DNA from: Candidatus Poseidoniia archaeon
GTDB lineage: Archaea; Thermoplasmatota; Poseidoniia; MGIII; CG-Epi1
Direction of reading: 5' to 3'
Length of the DNA: 64,000 bases
Assembly (NCBI GenBank): GCA_030748895.1
Contig: JASMLC010000003.1
Span: 3,621-67,620, forward strand
The position numbers and the translations under genes are program-made. Of this stretch, positions 58,786 through 64,000 are shown one piece after another; within the stretch, counting starts at the first letter, position 1, and each line of letters opens with the position of its first letter. Under the pieces are notes generated by a model. It saw only the letters and a program-made list of their open reading frames with translations. It was not told where the DNA came from and searched no databases.

Positions 58786-60054
58786 ATGCAGTCAGCGCAA
58801 GCTTCCCGTAACGTTTTCGACGCCCTCGCGGGCGAAGGACGCATATTCCGCAACCGCGGCGTGCTCTCCTCAGACTACATTCCGAAGGACTTCCCGCACC
58901 GTAACGACGAGATAGACCAGGTGGCGCATATCCTGCGCCCGGCGCTAGAAGGTTCGCGGCCGAGCAACATCCTGATTTACGGGCAGACCGGCACCGGCAA
59001 GACCGCGGTCGCCAGGTATATCTGCGACCAGCTGAAGGACAAGGTCACCGCTAACGGGGGGGCTATCCACACCGCGCACATCAACTGCAAGCGGGTCAAC
59101 ACGCCCTATGGCATCCTCGCCAATATCGGGCAGACCTACACCACCAACTGGGAGGACTCGATTCCGCACACCGGCTGGCGACTGGAGCAGGTCTACGCGG
59201 CGCTCTGCCGCAAGGCGGAGGAGGCGGGCGGCATCGCGCTGGTGGTGCTCGATGAAGTCGACGCACTGGTGAAGAAATCGGGCGACGAGGTGCTCTACCA
59301 CCTCACCGGCATCAACGCCGACCTCGGGAACGCCCGTATGTCGCTCATCGGCATCTCCAACGACACCAAGTTCACCACCTTCCTCGACCCGCGCGTCAAG
59401 TCGCGCCTCGGCGAGGAATCGCTGACTTTTCCGCCCTACAACGCGCTACAGCTGCGCGACATCCTCGAACAGCGCACCGGGCAGGCATTCCACGAAGGAG
59501 CGCTCGACCCGCAGGTCCTCTCGCTCTGCGCCGGCCGTGCCGCGCAGGAGCACGGCGACGCCCGCAAGGCGCTCGACCTGCTGCGCATCGCGGCCGAGAT
59601 GGCCGAACGCGACGGCTCGCGGCCGGTGACGGTCGACTATGTCGACCGCGCCGAGAGCATGATGGAGCAGGACCAGGTGCGCAAGATGGTGCTCCAGCTG
59701 CCGTTGCAGCACAAGGCGGTGCTCGCATCGATACTCGCCAACGAGTCGCAGTCGCGGCTCGACCGGCAGACCACCGGCGACGTCTACGATACCTACTACC
59801 GCATGTGCAACCGCTTCGAACTCGACGCGCTGACGCAGCGCCGCATCGGCGGCATCATTTCCGAGCTGGACATGCAGGGCGTCATCTCGGCGCGCGTCGC
59901 CAGCCTCGGTCGCCACGGCCGCACCCGTTTCATCTCGACCGCGGTGCCATTCAGCGAACTCCAGCCGATTATCAGCGACGACTCTTTCATGTCGAGCGCG
60001 CTCGACCTCGCCGCCGACGGCCACTTCGCGCAGCCGCAGCTACGGCTGATGTAG
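58786..60054 (+). CDS. cdc6: Orc1/Cdc6 replication initiator
   Basis: Walker A GQTGTGKT, Walker B VVLDEVD, GDARKALDLLR, C-terminal winged helix; start ATG at 58786. Confidence 0.97.
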   Translation: MQSAQASRNVFDALAGEGRIFRNRGVLSSDYIPKDFPHRNDEIDQVAHILRPALEGSRPSNILIYGQTGTGKTAVARYICDQLKDKVTANGGAIHTAHINCKRVNTPYGILANIGQTYTTNWEDSIPHTGWRLEQVYAALCRKAEEAGGIALVVLDEVDALVKKSGDEVLYHLTGINADLGNARMSLIGISNDTKFTTFLDPRVKSRLGEESLTFPPYNALQLRDILEQRTGQAFHEGALDPQVLSLCAGRAAQEHGDARKALDLLRIAAEMAERDGSRPVTVDYVDRAESMMEQDQVRKMVLQLPLQHKAVLASILANESQSRLDRQTTGDVYDTYYRMCNRFELDALTQRRIGGIISELDMQGVISARVASLGRHGRTRFISTAVPFSELQPIISDDSFMSSALDLAADGHFAQPQLRLM

Positions 60055-60058
60055 CGCT

Positions 60059-60595
60059 TCAGTCGCGCTCTTTCCAGCCCGCGGCCCAGCCCTGCTCCCA
60101 GCCGGCAACCCACGCTGCCTTCATCCCCGCCTCGCGTGCGGCCGCCTGCGCCTGCTGCAATATTTTGTCGCGCTGCTCGCGTGATACTTGCGGCAGCCGC
60201 GTCGGCTGCCGCAAGCCGTGGATGGCGACCAGCAGCGCGCCGACACCGCCGAGCGCCGCCAGCACGGCGACCATCGCAGAAGCGGCGAGCCACGCCGCCA
60301 GCGCAAGTAGCAGCGCGCACGCCAGCGCCAGCCACGGCAGCGTGCGCGAACGCGGCTGCGGCGTGACCAGCGCGGCCAGTCGCTCCGCCTCCCCGCGTGC
60401 GGCGTCGGTCGCCGCCTCGGCCTCGCGCCATGCGGCGCCGGTCGCCGCCCGCTGAAGCGCGTCGCGGTCCGCCCCCACCTCGGCCGCGAGCGCCGCCGCA
60501 CGGCCGTCCGCCTCGCCCTCGTCGAAGCGCGCCTGCTTCTGCGCCATGCCGCGCGCCTTGTTCATCCCGTAGCGCGCCCACGCCTGCTTGCCCAC
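60059..60595 (-). CDS. Hypothetical membrane protein with two TM helices
   Basis: Ala-rich ORF with hydrophobic LPWLALACALLLALAAWLAA...VLAALGGVGALLVAI; no motif recognised. Confidence 0.55.
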   Translation of the reverse strand: MGKQAWARYGMNKARGMAQKQARFDEGEADGRAAALAAEVGADRDALQRAATGAAWREAEAATDAARGEAERLAALVTPQPRSRTLPWLALACALLLALAAWLAASAMVAVLAALGGVGALLVAIHGLRQPTRLPQVSREQRDKILQQAQAAAREAGMKAAWVAGWEQGWAAGWKERD

Positions 60596-60640
60596 GACGC
60601 GGCAGCGGACAGCGGCTAAATCAGGTGCGGCTGGCGGGAC

Positions 60641-62209
60641 CTAATCGCGGTAAGTCCCGGGGAAGAATAGCAGCAGGCCGGTGATAATCTCCAGCCTGCC
60701 GAGCCACATCAGCAGCGATAGCACGCTAAGCGTGCCGTTCGAGAGGCCGGCGTAGCTGGCGCCGGGGCCGACCGCGCCGAGGCCGGGGCCGACATTGCTG
60801 AGGCACGCAATCGAGGCGGCCATCGCATCAACCAGCCCCCAGCCCGGCTCGAGGTAGAGCAGCACCAGCGCGCCGGTCAGGAACAGGATTATGTAGATGA
60901 AGAAGAAGACGGCGACGTTGCGCACCAGCGTCTCGTCGAGCACCTTGGCGCCCAGCCGCAGCTTGCGCACCGCGCGCGGGTGGACCACGAGGAACAGTTC
61001 GCGCCAGAGCGCCTTGAGCAGGATTTCGATGCGGATGACCTTGAGGCCGCCGGTGGTCGAGCCGGCGCAGCCGCCAATGAACATCAGCAGCAGCAGCACG
61101 AACTGCGCCGCCACCGCCCAGCTACCGTAGTCCTGCGAGGTGAAGCCGGTGCCGGTCAGGATGGAGACCACCTGAAACAGCGCCGGCCGCAGCGCCTCGC
61201 CAAAGGCCCAGCCGTTGCCCCGTAGCGGCGCCCAGAGGCCGACGACCACCAGCGCAATCGCGATACCCACGAAACTGAGGTAGTAGCGGAACTCGCCGCT
61301 GGTCCAGAGGTGCTGCCACCCCCGCAAAAGCCGTTGCTCGTCGTTGCGGCGCAAGCTGATGAAAAAGCCGTAGAGCAGCACGAAATTGATTCCCGCCAGC
61401 AGCATGAAGGCGATGACGATGCCTTCGACAAGGCCACTATCGTAGGCGCCAATCGAGCCCGCTTGCGGCGAGAAACCGCCGGTCGAGAGATTGGAGAAAG
61501 CGGTGCAGACCGCGTCGTAGAGCGGCAGCTCGCCGACGAAGCGCAGCAGCAGCATCTCAGCGACCGTTAGGCCGGCGTAGAGCCCCCACAGCAGCCGCGC
61601 CGTCTGCGCCATCTGCGGCTTGACGCGCGTGACGCCGGTGCCGGGCATCTCGGCGCGCAGCACCTGGATGCCGCCACCGAGCAGCCGCGACAGCACCACC
61701 GTCGCGAGCACGATAATCCCCATACCACCCAGCCACTGCGACTGCGAGCGCCACAGCAGCAGCGACTTGGGCGCTGCGAAGTAGCCGTCGTCAGTGGTGC
61801 CGTTGGCGACCGAGGCGTCGAAGACGGTTGCACCGGTCGTCGTCAGCCCCGAGATTGACTCGAAGTACGCCTCGGCCAGCGTCAGGTCGTACGCCAGCAG
61901 CGGCTCGCCGTCACTGCCCGCCATGTCGCCCGCCATCACGTAAGGAATCGCGCCAAACACCGCGAAGAGCAACCACGCCGCGCTCACCAGCGCGAACGCC
62001 TCACGGTCGCGCAGCTCCTCGTCACTGCGGAAGCGGTAGTAGAGCAGAAGTCCCCCACCGACCGAGAGCAGCAGCGGCAGCCCGTAGAGCCACGCCACCT
62101 GTTCGCGCGGTTCGCCCAGCAGCAGTCCCGCGAACAGCGGCAGCAGGAAGGTGCTGCCGAACAGCGCCAGCAGCACTCCCAGCAGGCTCAGCAACAGGCG
62201 TCCGCGCAT
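60641..62209 (-). CDS. trkH: Trk potassium uptake membrane protein
   Basis: Four pore loops SGLTTTG, NLSTGGF, LTGTGF, LSNVGPG; GGCAGST.GG.K; start ATG at 62209. Confidence 0.96.
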   Translation of the reverse strand: MRGRLLLSLLGVLLALFGSTFLLPLFAGLLLGEPREQVAWLYGLPLLLSVGGGLLLYYRFRSDEELRDREAFALVSAAWLLFAVFGAIPYVMAGDMAGSDGEPLLAYDLTLAEAYFESISGLTTTGATVFDASVANGTTDDGYFAAPKSLLLWRSQSQWLGGMGIIVLATVVLSRLLGGGIQVLRAEMPGTGVTRVKPQMAQTARLLWGLYAGLTVAEMLLLRFVGELPLYDAVCTAFSNLSTGGFSPQAGSIGAYDSGLVEGIVIAFMLLAGINFVLLYGFFISLRRNDEQRLLRGWQHLWTSGEFRYYLSFVGIAIALVVVGLWAPLRGNGWAFGEALRPALFQVVSILTGTGFTSQDYGSWAVAAQFVLLLLMFIGGCAGSTTGGLKVIRIEILLKALWRELFLVVHPRAVRKLRLGAKVLDETLVRNVAVFFFIYIILFLTGALVLLYLEPGWGLVDAMAASIACLSNVGPGLGAVGPGASYAGLSNGTLSVLSLLMWLGRLEIITGLLLFFPGTYRD

Positions 62210-62210
62210 G

Positions 62211-63569
62211 TCAGCGGAAGAGCTTCTCCAGCGCCGGTAGCTGCCCCTTGAGCGTGAATACCAGCAAGTGGTCGCCTCCCTGCAGGACTTCGTCCTCGTC
62301 GGGGAAGAGCGGCTCGCCGCCGCGGTTGATGAGTGCCACCATGCTCCCTTCGGGGAGCCCGAGCTTCGCGATGGACTTCTCCGCCAGGCCATTGTCAGCC
62401 TTGACCAGGAACTCGCGAATCGACGCCTCGCCACCCTGCAATTCCTCCAGCGCCTCGATTTCCTCGGTCGCCGTGGCGCGGTTGAGGATAGCGGTCACCG
62501 CGACCCGCTTGGGGTTGATGAGCGTGTCAACGCCGGTGTTCTGCACGACGTGCTCCAGCTCGGTCTGGTAGACCAGCGCCACCGTGCGACGCGCCCCCTC
62601 GCGCTTGGCGAGCAGGCAACTGAGCATGTTCAGGTCCTCGCGCTCGGTCGCCGCGACGAATAAATCTTCGTGGCGAATACCTTCCTCGCGCAGGAAATGG
62701 CGGTCGGTCGGCGACCCCACCAGCACAGTAACGTCGTCGGGTAGTTGCTCGCTGACCTCCTCGGCGCGTGCGCGGTCCGGCTCGACTAGATAGACCTGCA
62801 CCCCGTCGTAGCGGCGCGAAACCTGTTCGGCCAGCCGCAAGGCAACCTGCGTGCTGCCGGCAATCATGAGCCGCTTGATGTTCCCCTCGCCCGTAACTTC
62901 CTTCGGCGCGCCAAGCGACTCTGAAAGCTCCTCGAGTTCATTGACGTCGCTCAGCAGCACCAGTAGCCGGTCGCGTGGCAGCAAGACTTCCTCGCTGCGC
63001 GGGATAATCACGCCCTCATCGCGCGAAACCAGCACGACGCGGCAGTGCGGCGGCAGCTCGACGCTGTCGAGCGTGCGGCCCACCGCGGGCGAGCTGTCGT
63101 CCAGCCTGACTTCGAGGATACGTAGCTTGCCGACCGAGAAATGCTCGAGCCGCGTCAGCGCTGGCCGCGACAGGATTTGCCAGATGCGGTGCATCGCCAG
63201 CTCGTCGGGGCTGATGCAGGCGTCAATCCCGTAAACCTGCTGCGGGTCTGGCTCGAGCGGCCAGTCGAGCAACTCAGGCGCATTGATACGCGCAATCGTG
63301 CGGCAGCCCATCGCCTTGGCGAAGGTGCAACCGATGATGTTGACCATGTCATTGCCGGTCACGCCAATGAACAGGTCAGCCCCCGTCAGCTGCTCGACGA
63401 GCAGCTTCGGCGCCGCAGCGTGACCGTGCAGCACCTGTGCGTCGAGCCCCTGCGCTCGCTTGACAGCGGCTGGGTTGGAGTCTATCATGCTGACGCCGTG
63501 GCCGCGATTGATCAGGTCCCGGGCCACCCGGTAACCTACGTCACCCGCGCCCGCTATGACCACGCGCAT
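62211..63569 (-). CDS. trkA: Trk potassium uptake regulatory protein
   Basis: Two RCK_N/RCK_C pairs, GAGDVG. Confidence 0.95.
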   Translation of the reverse strand: MRVVIAGAGDVGYRVARDLINRGHGVSMIDSNPAAVKRAQGLDAQVLHGHAAAPKLLVEQLTGADLFIGVTGNDMVNIIGCTFAKAMGCRTIARINAPELLDWPLEPDPQQVYGIDACISPDELAMHRIWQILSRPALTRLEHFSVGKLRILEVRLDDSSPAVGRTLDSVELPPHCRVVLVSRDEGVIIPRSEEVLLPRDRLLVLLSDVNELEELSESLGAPKEVTGEGNIKRLMIAGSTQVALRLAEQVSRRYDGVQVYLVEPDRARAEEVSEQLPDDVTVLVGSPTDRHFLREEGIRHEDLFVAATEREDLNMLSCLLAKREGARRTVALVYQTELEHVVQNTGVDTLINPKRVAVTAILNRATATEEIEALEELQGGEASIREFLVKADNGLAEKSIAKLGLPEGSMVALINRGGEPLFPDEDEVLQGGDHLLVFTLKGQLPALEKLFR

Positions 63570-63612
63570 TTTGCGCCTTCACCGAAGGCGCGATTTAAGC
63601 GCTGCGGTTTGT

Positions 63613-64000
63613 CTATCGACGAGAAAGCCTTTCCAGTGCCAGTACCAGCGCGCCCCCGAGCAGCGCCGCCAGCGCCACTTCAGGCCAGTTTGCGCCCACT
63701 CCCAGCGGCGAAAGGTCGCCCGCGCGCACGTCGTAGCTCGCCTTCCACGGCCAGAGCGCGCGCAGCGAGCCGGCCATGACGCCCGTGAGCACGGCGAGCG
63801 TGCGCCCCGGCCGCTCGGCGAGCAGCCGCTGCAGCCGCGGTACCACCACCAGCGCCGCGACGAGGCCGCCGCTGCCGAACCAGAGCAGCGGCGCCAGCCG
63901 CAAATCGTGTACCGCACCGGCAATCGCGGCGTACTGCCCCAGCATTACCAGCACCAGCGAGCCGCTCACCCCCGGCAGTAGCATCGCCGTCAGCGCCAGC
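63613..64000 (-). CDS. DUF368-family membrane protein (5' truncated by window edge)
   Basis: AMLLPGVSGSLVLVMLGQY...GSLRALWPWK. Confidence 0.8.
   Translation of the reverse strand, partial: LALTAMLLPGVSGSLVLVMLGQYAAIAGAVHDLRLAPLLWFGSGGLVAALVVVPRLQRLLAERPGRTLAVLTGVMAGSLRALWPWKASYDVRAGDLSPLGVGANWPEVALAALLGGALVLALERLSRR

Overview
High-GC archaeal chromosome segment. L7Ae, S28e, L24e, L37e, prefoldin alpha, PolD DP1, Orc1/Cdc6 and an archaeal SRP RNA identify it as archaeal. Gene styles suggest Thermoplasmatota, possibly Marine Group III; this is inference and was not tested. Most of the window is housekeeping: ccmF, hutI, serS, nadM, hsp20, ugd, purF, purQ, acs, fumC, ndk, ftsY, trkAH, two tRNAs and SRP RNA. 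Four features stand out. (1) A ~20 kb co-oriented sulfur-oxidation-type cluster (34.4-54.4 kb): tusA, two dsrE genes, an ArsR regulator, lbpA, shdrC1B1AH, a fused shdrC3B3-like gene, etfBA, a membrane ETF:quinone oxidoreductase, a Tat-less molybdoenzyme with a fused FeS/NrfD partner, and a lipS2-lipS1-lipoate ligase-lipT lipoylation module. (2) An unannotated three-hairpin box H/ACA guide RNA at 26.9-27.1 kb, with pockets matching three functional-centre uridines of 23S rRNA. (3) A surface protein whose anchor can be joined to a winged-helix regulator by a +1 shift at TCC_TTT_CGC. (4) A fumarase with an N-terminal ribbon-helix-helix-like domain and an operator-like repeat upstream. There is also a sulfotransferase/flippase glycan locus. 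No CRISPR array, integrase or transposase was seen. Starts were refined by eye from the ORF track.
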